The position numbers and the translations under genes are program-made. DNA of 64,000 nt from an uncultured Treponema sp. (lineage in GTDB: Bacteria; Spirochaetota; Spirochaetia; Treponematales; Treponemataceae). The stretch spans positions 9,633 to 73,632 of the forward strand of contig CALBGU010000081.1 of the NCBI GenBank assembly GCA_937893155.1, read 5' to 3'. Below the pieces are notes generated by a model that was given only the letters and a program-made list of their open reading frames with translations, was not told the DNA's origin and made no database searches. Below are positions 53,978 through 64,000 of the stretch, one piece after another (within the stretch, counting starts at the first letter, position 1; each line of letters begins with the position of its first letter).

Positions 53978-55477
53978 ATGTCCACACCTTTGGAAGAGTA
54001 CCTCGCACATTGCAATGGTAAGCCGAACGCAGCAATGACGGCTTATGTGGCTAATTTGCAGCAAGTTGCCTCTGTTAATCCTAGTATTGCCGCAGACGTA
54101 GTGAAAGAGCTTGCAACACAGCGCGCGCACTTAAAACTTGTCGCGTCTGAAAACTACTGTTCGCTTGCAGTGCAGGCGGCAATGGGCAACCTTTTAACCG
54201 ATAAGTATGCAGAGGGCTATCCTGAGCACCGCTACTACGGCGGCTGTGTCAATGTCGATAGCGTCGAGATGACGGCGGCGAGAGAGGCTGAGCAGCTCTT
54301 CGGCGCGGACTATGCGTATGTTCAGCCACACTCTGGCGCGGATACGAACTTAGTGGCGTACTGGGCAATTTTAAGCGCAAAAGTCGAAACTCCTACACTC
54401 GAAGAGCTAGGCGCGAAAAGCCTGAACGACCTCACTGCAGAGCAATTCGATATGCTCCGCCACCGCTTCGGCAATCAGAAGCTCATGGGCTTGGATTACT
54501 CCTGCGGCGGACACCTCACGCACGGCTACAAAATGAACGTATCTGCGCGTATGTTTGAAAGCCACCCGTACGGTGTCGATAAAGAAACAGGCTTACTCGA
54601 TTACGACGCTATCGAAAAGCAGGCAATGGAAGTCAAGCCGCTCATCTTGCTCACAGGCTATTCAGCGTATCCGCGCGCTATTAACTTCCGCAGATTCAGA
54701 GAAATCGCCGACAAATGCGGAGCTGTGTTGATGGTCGATATGGCGCATTTCGCAGGACTTGTCGCAGGCAAAGTGTTTACTGGAGATTTCGACCCTGTAA
54801 AGTGGGCAGACATCGTTACGACGACTACGCACAAAACATTGCGTGGACCGCGCGGCGCGCTTATCCTCTGCAAAGAATGGCTCACTGACTACGTCAACAA
54901 AGGCTGTCCAATGGTCTTAGGAGGTCCGCTTCCGCACGTTATGGCAGCGAAGGCTATCGCATTCAAGGAAGCCAATACAAAAGCATATCAAGATTACGCG
55001 CACGCGGTCGCCGACAATGCGAAAGCCTTAGCCGAGGAATGTATGAAGCTGGGTATGCGATTGCAGACAGGCGGCACAGAGAACCACCTTATGCTTATCG
55101 ACGTTACGACCTATGGCTTAACAGGCAAACAGGCAGAAGCGGCGATGTTTGATTGCGGAGTAACACTCAACGCAAACGCGCTCCCGTACGACAAGAACGG
55201 CGCATGGTGGACAAGCGGTATTCGCGTCGGTACTCCTGCCGTTACCACACTCGGAATGAACAAGGACGATATGAAAGAAATCGCGTCGATTATCGATTTC
55301 GTCCTTCGAGGAACAAAGCCTGGCGTTACGAAAGACGGTAAGCCAGCAAAGGGCAAAATCGTGCTTGACGAAGCGGTAAAAGCAAAGGCAAAGGAACGCG
55401 TAAACGCACTTTTAGCATCTCACGTCCTCTATCCAGAGCTCGACCTTGATTTCTTAAAAGCACAGTTCGTTAAATAA
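53978..55477 (+). CDS. glyA: Serine hydroxymethyltransferase (long form)
   Basis: LVASEN, KYAEGYP, VQPHSG, GGHLTHG, DMAHFAGL, TTTHKTLRGPRG and SGIRVGTP motifs; AGGAG RBS. Confidence 0.98.
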   Translation: MSTPLEEYLAHCNGKPNAAMTAYVANLQQVASVNPSIAADVVKELATQRAHLKLVASENYCSLAVQAAMGNLLTDKYAEGYPEHRYYGGCVNVDSVEMTAAREAEQLFGADYAYVQPHSGADTNLVAYWAILSAKVETPTLEELGAKSLNDLTAEQFDMLRHRFGNQKLMGLDYSCGGHLTHGYKMNVSARMFESHPYGVDKETGLLDYDAIEKQAMEVKPLILLTGYSAYPRAINFRRFREIADKCGAVLMVDMAHFAGLVAGKVFTGDFDPVKWADIVTTTTHKTLRGPRGALILCKEWLTDYVNKGCPMVLGGPLPHVMAAKAIAFKEANTKAYQDYAHAVADNAKALAEECMKLGMRLQTGGTENHLMLIDVTTYGLTGKQAEAAMFDCGVTLNANALPYDKNGAWWTSGIRVGTPAVTTLGMNKDDMKEIASIIDFVLRGTKPGVTKDGKPAKGKIVLDEAVKAKAKERVNALLASHVLYPELDLDFLKAQFVK

Positions 55478-55482
55478 AGCAT

Positions 55483-55534
55483 AAAAAACCTGCTCTCAAA
55501 TCTTTTTGAAAATTTTACGAGCAGGTTTCTTTTT
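55483..55534. terminator. Terminator between glyA and the convergent gene
   Basis: AAACCTGCTC ... GAGCAGGTTT flanked by A- and T-runs. Confidence 0.7.
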
Positions 55535-55549
55535 ATCTTAAAAATATCA

Positions 55550-55786
55550 TTATTTTTTTGTCGTTTCTTCAGCGGCTTTTGATTCGGCTTCTTCGCGTTT
55601 AGCTTCAGCTTTATCTTTTATATCCGCAAAACCGATAAAAATTGACAAAATTCCGAGTAACACTGCAAAAACAGGCAACGCACCTTTGAGAAAATCCACC
55701 ACCTCAAGTCCCCAATCCAATCCGAACGGAAGACACGCAAAAATTGAAAATGCAACCATCAGAACGCCAAATAATAGCGAAAACAT
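55550..55786 (-). CDS. Small two-TM membrane protein
   Basis: GAGG RBS, two hydrophobic segments and a charged tail. Confidence 0.8.
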   Translation of the reverse strand: MFSLLFGVLMVAFSIFACLPFGLDWGLEVVDFLKGALPVFAVLLGILSIFIGFADIKDKAEAKREEAESKAAEETTKK

Positions 55787-55843
55787 AAAAACCTCTTAAA
55801 AAGAATATTTCACTCGCAACACGACGAGCATCTATAAAATATT

Positions 55844-57274
55844 TTACCCTTGCGTTTGTTCAACAAATTCACGATATTTTTCGGGGTCAACACGAAACGC
55901 AATCAACGGAAGCGACGGTTCTGCGTGTGCTAAAGCCTTCTCTGCTTCATCATGCAAGACCGAAGCTGAAATAAAACGCCCTGTTCGCGCCGCAATACCA
56001 ATCATCAACTGACTTTGCACATTCTGTATTTGCAAAATTTCAGAAACTTTCGGTTCTATCATTTCTGCAATTTTTATGCCGCCATCAATATCAGTTTGCG
56101 GCAAAAGAACCGCATAGCCATCATTTTTGTACTCAAAAATCAAATCGCGATTGCCGATTGCACTAAAAATCACCGAGCGAATATTTTCCGAAATATAATC
56201 CATTCGGTCAAGCCCTGCAATCCGCATAAACATCAAAGAAACATCTTTTCCTTCCGCCGTCGAGAGCTGCAATTCCTCTTCGGTTGCAACATCAATAAAA
56301 CTTTCCCAGCAAAATCCAGTAAAAGGAGAATATTTTGAACTTTTAAATGAAGGTGCTGTTTCAACTTCATTATTCGCCTCTGGCGGCAATCCCGAAAACG
56401 TTTCTGTCGTTAGCGTATACGGCGTTTGCGTCATTTCAGAAACCGTTTCGTTTTCCAACGTAAAGGTTTCGTTTAAGCGAGCAGCAGTCGAAAAAGTTTT
56501 CTCAACACTTTCGGGGTCATCTATAATCGAAACAGGTTCAAACGTGCTTTCCGCATTATTCACCACCGCACTCGGCTGCTCGTCCACAGGCTCTGAAATC
56601 TGCTCTTCAATGTCATCTTGCATTGTCAACGGCGCAAGCGTGGGCATCGTTGTAATCGGCGAAAACGTTTTGACATCGCTATAAATAGTTTTATCATTCG
56701 AAAGCGGCACTGACGGCATTTCGGGAGGATTTCGCTTTAGATTTTTTATATCAGTAAAAGGCTTTTCGTTCGGAATTGAACTAGCAATATTTATATATAC
56801 AAAAAAAACAACCGTGCAGAGCGTGGCTGCAAGAACCACAATAAATGAAATCTTTGCGGTTTTGTAAATCGACTCGGGTTTTAGCACATAAAGAGAAGCC
56901 GTCAAAGTAACGTTTCCAACAACGTCCTGCGCGATAACAGTGCTACAGGATTTGATAAGCGGCGACGTATTTTCCAAAGTACCATTTTGCGGCCACTCAA
57001 AAATAGTTTCGCCACCGTTCGTTACAAAAACAGAAGCAACATCGCTGGTGGAATTGATTATCTGAAGCATTGAATTGGTAAACGTAGCGGTATTTTTTGT
57101 TTCCATTTTATAGGCATCAGCGGTATTTTTCGCCAACTTTTTAAAACGATTTTCCACATGCTGTTCAGCCGTTTGATATTCAGCCCGCAATGAAATACAA
57201 AAAAATACTATTGCAGAAATATATAAAAACAACGCAACTGCTGAAAATATATTTATACTTTTCTTCCGTTCCAT
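55844..57274 (-). CDS. Membrane protein with degenerate GGDEF-like domain
   Basis: Two TMs, an acidic/Pro linker and a GGDEF-fold pattern (SPFTGF, VSLMFMRI, FEYKNDGYAVLLP, IGIA, EAEKAL) with KNDGY in place of GGDEF. Confidence 0.75.
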   Translation of the reverse strand: MERKKSINIFSAVALFLYISAIVFFCISLRAEYQTAEQHVENRFKKLAKNTADAYKMETKNTATFTNSMLQIINSTSDVASVFVTNGGETIFEWPQNGTLENTSPLIKSCSTVIAQDVVGNVTLTASLYVLKPESIYKTAKISFIVVLAATLCTVVFFVYINIASSIPNEKPFTDIKNLKRNPPEMPSVPLSNDKTIYSDVKTFSPITTMPTLAPLTMQDDIEEQISEPVDEQPSAVVNNAESTFEPVSIIDDPESVEKTFSTAARLNETFTLENETVSEMTQTPYTLTTETFSGLPPEANNEVETAPSFKSSKYSPFTGFCWESFIDVATEEELQLSTAEGKDVSLMFMRIAGLDRMDYISENIRSVIFSAIGNRDLIFEYKNDGYAVLLPQTDIDGGIKIAEMIEPKVSEILQIQNVQSQLMIGIAARTGRFISASVLHDEAEKALAHAEPSLPLIAFRVDPEKYREFVEQTQG

Positions 57275-57277
57275 ATT

Positions 57278-58756
57278 CTAAACAGTATAGCGCACAGACG
57301 CTTCGTATGCAAGTTTTAGACGGTCAAAAAACGGCAAGTTTTTTTCCTTTATGGCTGCAATCAGCGGTAAATGCGCAAAAAACACCGATTTGAACTTTTC
57401 AATATTTTTTTCCGCAAGCAATTTTTCCGTTTCAGAAAGCAAATACGTTCGGAAATCTTGAAAAGAAAACGGCACTGAATGCGCTTTTGCAATCACGCTT
57501 TTTTTTGACGTATGGAACTTATTTTTTTCAATTTCAGAAAATCCGTGCTGATAGAAAAAATCACGGGTCGTTTGCGCATATTTTTTTAGCATTTCTGTTG
57601 AAAAAACGCCCGCGCCCTCTGCAATCAATTTTGTTCTGAACATCAAAGCGCAAAAAGCATTTTCTGAACGAGAAATCCGTGATTCTGCGCCGCCGAAAAT
57701 CTCATCAAAATAAGTGCCTGCCGCATACGGTTTTCCGCGACTGTACGAAAAATCTGCGCCAAAAAGTTCAATGTCGCAAAAGCCCAACTGACGCGCAAAA
57801 TCAGCAGCGGCAATCGTTACCGTACCTGCCCCGCTTTCAAGCGACAAAAAATGTCCGAATTGCCCTGCAAGCACAGCCAACGGGTGTGCACTCATCGAAA
57901 ACAAAATCGGAGCACCATTTTTTGCGGCAATCGCAATCGACGAATGCGGCGAGCCAATATCAAAAACGCACAGTGGCGGATTTTTTTGAGGAAAATGCAA
58001 AAAATGCCTGAACGACACATTTTGGCAGTCAATCGAAACCACCACGTCACAAAAAATTCCACGCTTCACCAATGCAGAAAATGCGGTATCCGTGGCTATC
58101 ACAACGTAATTTTTGCGGTATTTTTCAATTTTCTTGATTGCTACATCTAAAGTCGGTCCAGCCGCAATAACTGCCGCAGTTCGCCCATTCGGAACAGGCA
58201 AAGAAACTGCTTTTTGCGCAGAAAAATATTTTAAGTTCTCCAAAATATTTCTATGCCAGTGCCTGCCAAAATGCGTTTGCACAGAAAAATCAGCAGAAAT
58301 ATTTTTTAAGGCAATATTTATAATTGCCCGAATTTCCGCATCAAGCTCTGGATAATTAGTCGTCCATGCTCGTAAAGTCGTTATCTGCAAATCTCCGTGA
58401 AAAACAGGGATATACGTTGAAAGTAACGTTTTCGCAAGATTGTTTTTTGTGCAAAAAATAATATTCGCCTCTTTCAAAAGACTGCGGACACACGGAATAT
58501 CGCGCAAAATATCAAAATCATCTTGACTATTTTCAACAGCAATAATCTTCATTTCTGGGTGCGCACGGTGCATCGATTCAATGTGATAACCGCCGCCAAC
58601 GCCAATAACAACAGCATAGCGCGCATCTCTATCCGCCATTTTCGCGGCTTCTGCTTGCGGATTGTATTTTGAATGCACCAAGTTTCCGTTTTCAAAAATC
58701 GGTATCGCACTTCCGTTTTTTGCGATTTCGGTTTCGTGTTTATAAATCGATTTCAT
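57278..58756 (-). CDS. Maf / DUF115 motility-associated factor (putative flagellin glycosyltransferase)
   Basis: VHSKYNPQAEA, IAAGPTL, IATDTA, VSID, GTVT and FGADFSY motifs. Confidence 0.85.
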   Translation of the reverse strand: MKSIYKHETEIAKNGSAIPIFENGNLVHSKYNPQAEAAKMADRDARYAVVIGVGGGYHIESMHRAHPEMKIIAVENSQDDFDILRDIPCVRSLLKEANIIFCTKNNLAKTLLSTYIPVFHGDLQITTLRAWTTNYPELDAEIRAIINIALKNISADFSVQTHFGRHWHRNILENLKYFSAQKAVSLPVPNGRTAAVIAAGPTLDVAIKKIEKYRKNYVVIATDTAFSALVKRGIFCDVVVSIDCQNVSFRHFLHFPQKNPPLCVFDIGSPHSSIAIAAKNGAPILFSMSAHPLAVLAGQFGHFLSLESGAGTVTIAAADFARQLGFCDIELFGADFSYSRGKPYAAGTYFDEIFGGAESRISRSENAFCALMFRTKLIAEGAGVFSTEMLKKYAQTTRDFFYQHGFSEIEKNKFHTSKKSVIAKAHSVPFSFQDFRTYLLSETEKLLAEKNIEKFKSVFFAHLPLIAAIKEKNLPFFDRLKLAYEASVRYTV

Positions 58757-60264
58757 TGCAACTTTTTCTCAAAATCAGAAATTATTTCAGAAAAAAATTC
58801 ATTTCGTTTATATAAAAGGTCTTTTTCTGCATATTTTTGTTTCTCAAAACCAACATATTTTTCGTACTGTAAAAATTCCACCGGAAAAACATTTTTCAGC
58901 CAAAAAACAGATTTTTCATCTTTTATAGGAAGATTTTTTATCTCTTGCAAATTTTTTTTGATGATTTCTCGTCTTTTTTCCAGATTTTCAAAAGAACTTT
59001 CTGAATCAATTTTTATTGCAGGCTTTTCTTTTTTGGGCATTTTCTTAAAAATATCTTCAAAATTTTCAGCAGATAGGTCGGTAATGTTTCCGAGCGGATT
59101 CAGCTTCGCCCCCGCTAAGCGAAAGACGCGCTCCGCAAAATCGCCCGTTTGCGCGGAAAACCAATCGCGATACAACGAAAGTGAACCGTTCGGACGCCCT
59201 GAAAGCGAAAGCCTCGTTGAGCGTGGCTGCAATCGATTTTCAAAACCAGCATTTATTTCATCAAGCGCATTCGGCTGCGTATGCTGAAAGCCCTTTGCTT
59301 CTGAGAGGTCTAAACCACAGCAAAAAACCCGCGCATTTGTAAGCCCAAGCGCACATTGAACCGCAGTTCCGCTGACCGTGCCATTCCGAAACGCCTTTAT
59401 GGCAGGAATCCCGCAATTTTTTGCAAACACACATTCCGGAGCATCGCCATAAAAAAGCGGAACGACAGGATTTTTTGCAAGCACAAAATACGGCGTTGCA
59501 GATTCCGCGCTCAACGCAACAGGAATTTCAGGATTTTCAAACAAGATTTCTAAATGTCGCTTTGCCCACTGTCCGCCATCAGTAGAAATGCACAAATCTG
59601 GAGTTATTTTGTTTGAAAGCAACGGTTTAAGCGCAGATGACACCGCAATCAAAAAAAATTTTTCTCGATACTTTTTTAGCGTTTCCATCGCCAATTTTAA
59701 CGATGGACCAGATGCCGCCACAACAATATCGCTTTTTCCAGCACGAACCGCAGCCATTTTTTTTGCGAACGAAAAAAAACGCACCGAATTTTTTAACCAG
59801 CGTTTTGAAAAAAAACTTCGAGTTGCCAAAATATCCCGGCTTTTTAAAACTGCGGACTTGATTTTTTGCCACGCACGTTCCGATTCCGAGGGAAAAAGTG
59901 TTTCCGAGCTTTGCCATGACGCAAAAAGCGCGCTTGAGAGCATTTCTTCGCCACATACATTAAAAAGCGCATTGTCTAAATTTTCATCAGCAAAAAAAAC
60001 AAAATCCCATTCTGCATCGAATTTTGAAAAATCTTTGCAAAACCGAATAGCTGCAATTTTTGCACACGGAAATCGCTGTCTCAAAAATCGTGCACAATAC
60101 GAAAGCCCGGGCTCTGTCAAAATAACAACTTTAGGCGAAAAATCACATTGGAGTTGCAAAACAAAACGCTCTGATTCCCGTTCTGGATTGTAAACCGAAT
60201 GAAGATATTTTCCGCCAACGGAACAGGTTAAACTTCCATTTCGAGCTTTTGAAAAATCAATCAT
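58753..60264 (-). CDS. Maf / DUF115 motility-associated factor, second paralogue
   Basis: LHSVYNPERES, AASGPSL, PDLCISTDGG, GTVSG and CGLDL motifs. Confidence 0.85.
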   Translation of the reverse strand: MIDFSKARNGSLTCSVGGKYLHSVYNPERESERFVLQLQCDFSPKVVILTEPGLSYCARFLRQRFPCAKIAAIRFCKDFSKFDAEWDFVFFADENLDNALFNVCGEEMLSSALFASWQSSETLFPSESERAWQKIKSAVLKSRDILATRSFFSKRWLKNSVRFFSFAKKMAAVRAGKSDIVVAASGPSLKLAMETLKKYREKFFLIAVSSALKPLLSNKITPDLCISTDGGQWAKRHLEILFENPEIPVALSAESATPYFVLAKNPVVPLFYGDAPECVFAKNCGIPAIKAFRNGTVSGTAVQCALGLTNARVFCCGLDLSEAKGFQHTQPNALDEINAGFENRLQPRSTRLSLSGRPNGSLSLYRDWFSAQTGDFAERVFRLAGAKLNPLGNITDLSAENFEDIFKKMPKKEKPAIKIDSESSFENLEKRREIIKKNLQEIKNLPIKDEKSVFWLKNVFPVEFLQYEKYVGFEKQKYAEKDLLYKRNEFFSEIISDFEKKLQ

Positions 60265-60293
60265 AATATCGTATTTATTTTTAATAGAAAGAA

Positions 60294-60650
60294 TTACTGA
60301 ATCAAAAAATCCAAAATATCTTTTTCAGAACGGCTTACACCTGCGCTTGCAATAACAAGTTCAACCATACTTGGCAACTCATTTTGCAAAAGCGTTTTTA
60401 AAATGCGCTCATCGACAGGCAACGAGGAAAAAATCGCAATTCTCAGTTCTTTTTGAGAATCCGCAACACAAATATTCGGTTCGTGAAAAAGCGATTTTAT
60501 AATCGAAAATGCAGACGAAAACAAATTTTCCGCTGCATTTTCAGGCATTTCAATACTCAGAAAAAACAAACTTGCAGGAAAAAGCGCGGCATTTTGAGAT
60601 ACCAATCTTTGTACCGCACTTTTTTCCTCCGACCCACTGATGTCGTTCAT
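60294..60650 (-). CDS. Hypothetical protein
   Basis: ATG directly after the stop of the upstream acidic-protein gene; 118 aa. Confidence 0.7.
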   Translation of the reverse strand: MNDISGSEEKSAVQRLVSQNAALFPASLFFLSIEMPENAAENLFSSAFSIIKSLFHEPNICVADSQKELRIAIFSSLPVDERILKTLLQNELPSMVELVIASAGVSRSEKDILDFLIQ

Positions 60651-60651
60651 C

Positions 60652-62727
60652 TTAAGCAAGTCCCAGTTCCTTGAAGAGTTTTTTGTACGTTTCAAATTGC
60701 TCTGACTGAGCAAATTCAGTGATTTTTTCCTCTGGCAAACTTTCAAGAAGTTGATCCATATAAGAAAGCACTGATTTGATTTCTTCACGCAAATCGCCGC
60801 TTATGCTATTCTCAGATGAAGCCTTTTCCGAGGAAGGTGCTTGCTCATCGCCCAAAATCGCGAAAGCATCTTCCTCGGAAATATTCGCAGACGGGATTTC
60901 CGCATTTTCAGTAATCTCTTCAGCAGAACCAACCTCAGCACCTTCATCTTCAAAGAGCGCGTCATAATCGTTTTCCGCACTTTCTGTAGGCGAAACTTCT
61001 GTATTAGCAGAACCTATTAAATCGTCTGTAGAAGCATCTTCCACAAGCGAGTCTGTAACATTGTCAACCGTTTCTGAAGCCGTCATATCGGTTTCTTCTG
61101 TGAAATCAGCGGTGTTCAAAATATCATCAAGTTCAGACCCAGAAAGAGCAATCACATCATCGTCATCATCGCCGCCAAAGAAACCGCCCGCAGAATCATT
61201 TGCATTTGAAACAGGAATCTCAACATCATCGGTGAACTCATTTTCTGACGCTGCAAAATCTGGTTCGGATTCTGTAATTTCTGGAGGAACTTCAAATTGG
61301 TTTTCGTCCAAATCTTCAACTTTCGGCTCTTCAATCTCTGAATCTTCAATGACAGGAGCTTCAAAGTCATCAGCAGAAGACGCTTCAAGCGAAGGTCCTT
61401 CAAACGAAGGCTCTTGCGCTTCCGTATCGCTTTCTTCACCAACCGTAATCGGTTCTTCAGAATCAAGTTGAATATCCTGATTATTCAAAATATCATCAAG
61501 CTCATCTCCAGAAAGCGCAATCACATCATCGTCGTCATCGCCGCCAAAGAAACCGCCCTCAGAATCATTCGCCGAAGCTGTTGGAATCTGGAAATCATCA
61601 TCAGCAGGTTCTTCAACAGAAATTTCTGGCTCTGACGTTTTTGCGGCAGGAGCTTTTTTCAACTCTTCCACATCATTTTTAAGAGAAGAAATTTCCAACC
61701 GCAAAGCCGCAAGTTCTGAAGCAATCTGATTCAGAACATCATTTGAAGCAGCATTTGCGCTTTCTGTTTTTGAAGTCTCTTCTGGTTCCGAGAAAATAGC
61801 AGTTTCCTCATCAAACGTATCAGGAATATCGCTGATTGCATTTTCCGTCTGAGGTGCTGCAGATTCTTCAGGAATATCATCATCTGCAATCACATTCATT
61901 TTTATCTCTGATGAATCATCATTTTTGGGAGTTTCTGACTCGCTTGGAGCATCATTAGAAAAACCAAAATCAGACAAATCAACAGACTCCGTTTCCGCTG
62001 GCGCTGAAGCCGCAGAATCATTGTCTGAAACATCAAATTCACTCAAGTCCACTTCACGCTCCTCTGTATCTGAGCCAGTTTCACTGCTTGAAGACGGATT
62101 TTCGCTTTCGCCACTTGAAGCACCACCGCTTTCATCATTAAGACTTGAAAAAATATCATCAAAATTGTCCAAATCGACCGTTTTTCCTTCAGACACAGAT
62201 TCAAACTCCGAAGCCACATTGGTATCAGCAATTACCGACGGCTCAGACTCCTCTTGCGATGAAGTATCTTCGGTATTTTCATCGCTAAAATCAAGGTCGA
62301 TGTCCAACGGAGGTTCCTCTTCGATTTCGTCTGAAGCGACCGCCGCCGTGTCCTCTTTATCATCGGTATCAAGGAATTCATCAAGCGAAACTTCTTCCTC
62401 GCTCGAAAAATCCATCTTGTTTTCCTGCGCATCATCGCTTGTTACCGTATCGTCCAACGCCTCGTCGCCTAAAAAATCATCAAGCGAAACCTCTTCAGTT
62501 GCGTCCAAACTTAACGAATCCGCGTCACTGTCTATTGGAGAATTCGGAATATCAGTAACTTCGGCGGACTCATCACTTTTAGAACTGCCGAGACTCTCAT
62601 TTTCATTTGATACATCGTTTTCCGACGCCTTTGGTGCTTTTTTCACCCACACACCGTATTCGTCCAAGTTGTCGGTCGGATTTTCAGTTATATTAGTGGA
62701 GTCCATCATGTTTTCCCTCTTATCCAA
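60652..62727 (-). CDS. Very acidic, largely disordered protein with a short coiled coil and a helical C-terminal domain
   Basis: Asp/Glu/Ser-rich; N-terminal LDEYGVWVKK; C-terminal LREEIKSVLSYMDQLLESLPEEKITEFAQSEQFETYKKLFKELGL. The start may instead be 62709. Confidence 0.88.
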   Translation of the reverse strand: MDKRENMMDSTNITENPTDNLDEYGVWVKKAPKASENDVSNENESLGSSKSDESAEVTDIPNSPIDSDADSLSLDATEEVSLDDFLGDEALDDTVTSDDAQENKMDFSSEEEVSLDEFLDTDDKEDTAAVASDEIEEEPPLDIDLDFSDENTEDTSSQEESEPSVIADTNVASEFESVSEGKTVDLDNFDDIFSSLNDESGGASSGESENPSSSSETGSDTEEREVDLSEFDVSDNDSAASAPAETESVDLSDFGFSNDAPSESETPKNDDSSEIKMNVIADDDIPEESAAPQTENAISDIPDTFDEETAIFSEPEETSKTESANAASNDVLNQIASELAALRLEISSLKNDVEELKKAPAAKTSEPEISVEEPADDDFQIPTASANDSEGGFFGGDDDDDVIALSGDELDDILNNQDIQLDSEEPITVGEESDTEAQEPSFEGPSLEASSADDFEAPVIEDSEIEEPKVEDLDENQFEVPPEITESEPDFAASENEFTDDVEIPVSNANDSAGGFFGGDDDDDVIALSGSELDDILNTADFTEETDMTASETVDNVTDSLVEDASTDDLIGSANTEVSPTESAENDYDALFEDEGAEVGSAEEITENAEIPSANISEEDAFAILGDEQAPSSEKASSENSISGDLREEIKSVLSYMDQLLESLPEEKITEFAQSEQFETYKKLFKELGLA

Positions 62728-62871
62728 AATGATTAGCTAATTCTTTATCGACTTAAAACACGCAAAACAATAGTTTTAAGACGATAAACTTAAATGCTCA
62801 TCGCACTTCTTATATTATATCATAACTTTTTAATTCAGAAAATCAATATTTTTACCGATGTGAATTTTATT

Positions 62872-63399
62872 ATGGAAAAAATGCGATTTTTGCTAGCGGC
62901 ATGTGCTGGCACACTCGTATATGTGATTGTTTCTCTTCTCGGCGGCAAGGACGGTGTTTTTGCAAATCGCCAACTTGAAGCGCAAAAAGCCTTGATTGTG
63001 GCACACACAGCGGAAGTTCAAAAAATTAACGACGAATTAACGATGGAAAACGAAATTTTATTTCGCGATTCTGCAGCGATTATCGCACAAGCCCGCCAGC
63101 TCGATTTGATTCTTGAGGGCGAAAAACTCGTCAAAATCAACGGGCTTTCGCGGGACGGTCTTCCGCTTCACAATTCAGGCAGCGTTCTTCTGCGCCAAGA
63201 TATTTTTTATCTGCCAGAGTGGGTATGCAAATTATTTGGCGTTTTGGTGTTCGTTCTTGTGCTTTTAATTTTGGTATTAAAAGACTTTGCACGTTCGCCC
63301 TCTCCTGTTCGAAGTCGCTACGAAAATGCAAAAAATGCCAAAGGAACCGCTTCTTTAGCCGCCCAAGGAATCCCGATTTATGATATGCGAAAAGTCTGA
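62872..63399 (+). CDS. Septum formation initiator (FtsB/DivIC-like) protein
   Basis: TM-GKDG-coiled coil-AR(Q)L...EGEK pattern, with an extra C-terminal TM. Confidence 0.8.
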   Translation: MEKMRFLLAACAGTLVYVIVSLLGGKDGVFANRQLEAQKALIVAHTAEVQKINDELTMENEILFRDSAAIIAQARQLDLILEGEKLVKINGLSRDGLPLHNSGSVLLRQDIFYLPEWVCKLFGVLVFVLVLLILVLKDFARSPSPVRSRYENAKNAKGTASLAAQGIPIYDMRKV

Positions 63400-63970
63400 T
63401 TCCCATTCTGCCGAAGTTACCGCAACATATCTAAAAGCAGGAAAAGTCGTGATAATGCCCACGGACACCGTTTACGGTTTTTCGGGCATCGTCGACTTAA
63501 ACGGAAATCCCCTTTTTTGCACAGACGAAAAAATCCGCCACATAAAAGGCAGAAGCGAGGCAAAACCGTTTATCTGCCTTTTATCTGATGTTTCAGAGCT
63601 CAAAACATTCACTGACGACACAATTCCGCAAAAAGTGCTTTCTGCGTGGCCGGGAGCACTCACGCTCATCGTGAAAATCAAGGAAGATTCGCCGCTTGCG
63701 CACAAAATGCCGACGGTTGCTTTTCGGATTCCCGGCGATGAATGGGTAAGGCGCGTGGTTCAATTATGTGGTGCGCCCATTTATTCCACAAGCGTAAACC
63801 GAAGCGGAAAGAGTGTGCTGTCGCGCATTTCGGAAATTAAATCGGAGTTTGAAGCCGAAGCCAATCTTATCGTTCAAGATGGCGATAAAATCGGTGCGCA
63901 GCCGTCAACACTCGCATTGCTCGAAAACGGCGATGTAAAAATAATTCGGCAAGGCTCTGTAACATTATAA
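63380..63970 (+). CDS. tsaC: L-threonylcarbamoyladenylate synthase (TsaC/YrdC)
   Basis: PTDTVYG, KGR...KP, WPGALT, AFRIP, STSVNRSG, PST and IIRQG motifs. Confidence 0.95.
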   Translation: MICEKSDSHSAEVTATYLKAGKVVIMPTDTVYGFSGIVDLNGNPLFCTDEKIRHIKGRSEAKPFICLLSDVSELKTFTDDTIPQKVLSAWPGALTLIVKIKEDSPLAHKMPTVAFRIPGDEWVRRVVQLCGAPIYSTSVNRSGKSVLSRISEIKSEFEAEANLIVQDGDKIGAQPSTLALLENGDVKIIRQGSVTL

Positions 63971-64000
63971 TGTTCGTTGGTGTTGCGAAACGTATGCTGT

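Noticed and set aside
57278..60264. MptE (6-hydroxymethylpterin diphosphokinase) function for the DUF115 genes
   Set aside because: The ~500-aa length and the N-terminal HSxYNP region fit Maf-type proteins rather than the short archaeal MptE.

Overview
A 64 kb stretch of chromosome from an anaerobic spirochaete, most likely a gut or rumen Treponema. That assignment is an inference from the gene set: a Cache-type MCP, two Maf/DUF115 genes, an AroF-PheA fusion and a long GlyA. Most genes are housekeeping or metabolic: aroC, tRNA-Asn, trmB, ligA, lon, thrA, aroF-pheA, ilvN, glyA, tsaC, and an ascorbate-type PTS (ula) operon with no ulaD or ulaF. No integrase, transposase, phage, cas or rRNA gene was seen. 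Two loci stand out. (1) A single uninterrupted 1906-codon ORF (23786-29506, minus strand) joins a DNA polymerase IV with intact catalytic motifs, through an internal signal-peptide-like segment, to a ~1500-aa putative outer-membrane beta-barrel protein that resembles SprA. (2) An AT-rich dlt-like island (about 45.0-52.4 kb) encodes an adenylation enzyme, an ACP, a PLP decarboxylase, an MBOAT with a C-terminal Tyr shuttle motif and two SGNH paralogues, each with a G10 tract at the equivalent position. It may add a decarboxylated aminoacyl group to a surface polymer under phase variation. Intergenic DNA holds at least six arrays of palindromic units with 21-23 or 41-43 bp periods, a REP-like repeat family, two sRNA candidates and several apparently leaderless genes. 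All family assignments come from motif recognition by eye; no searches were run.
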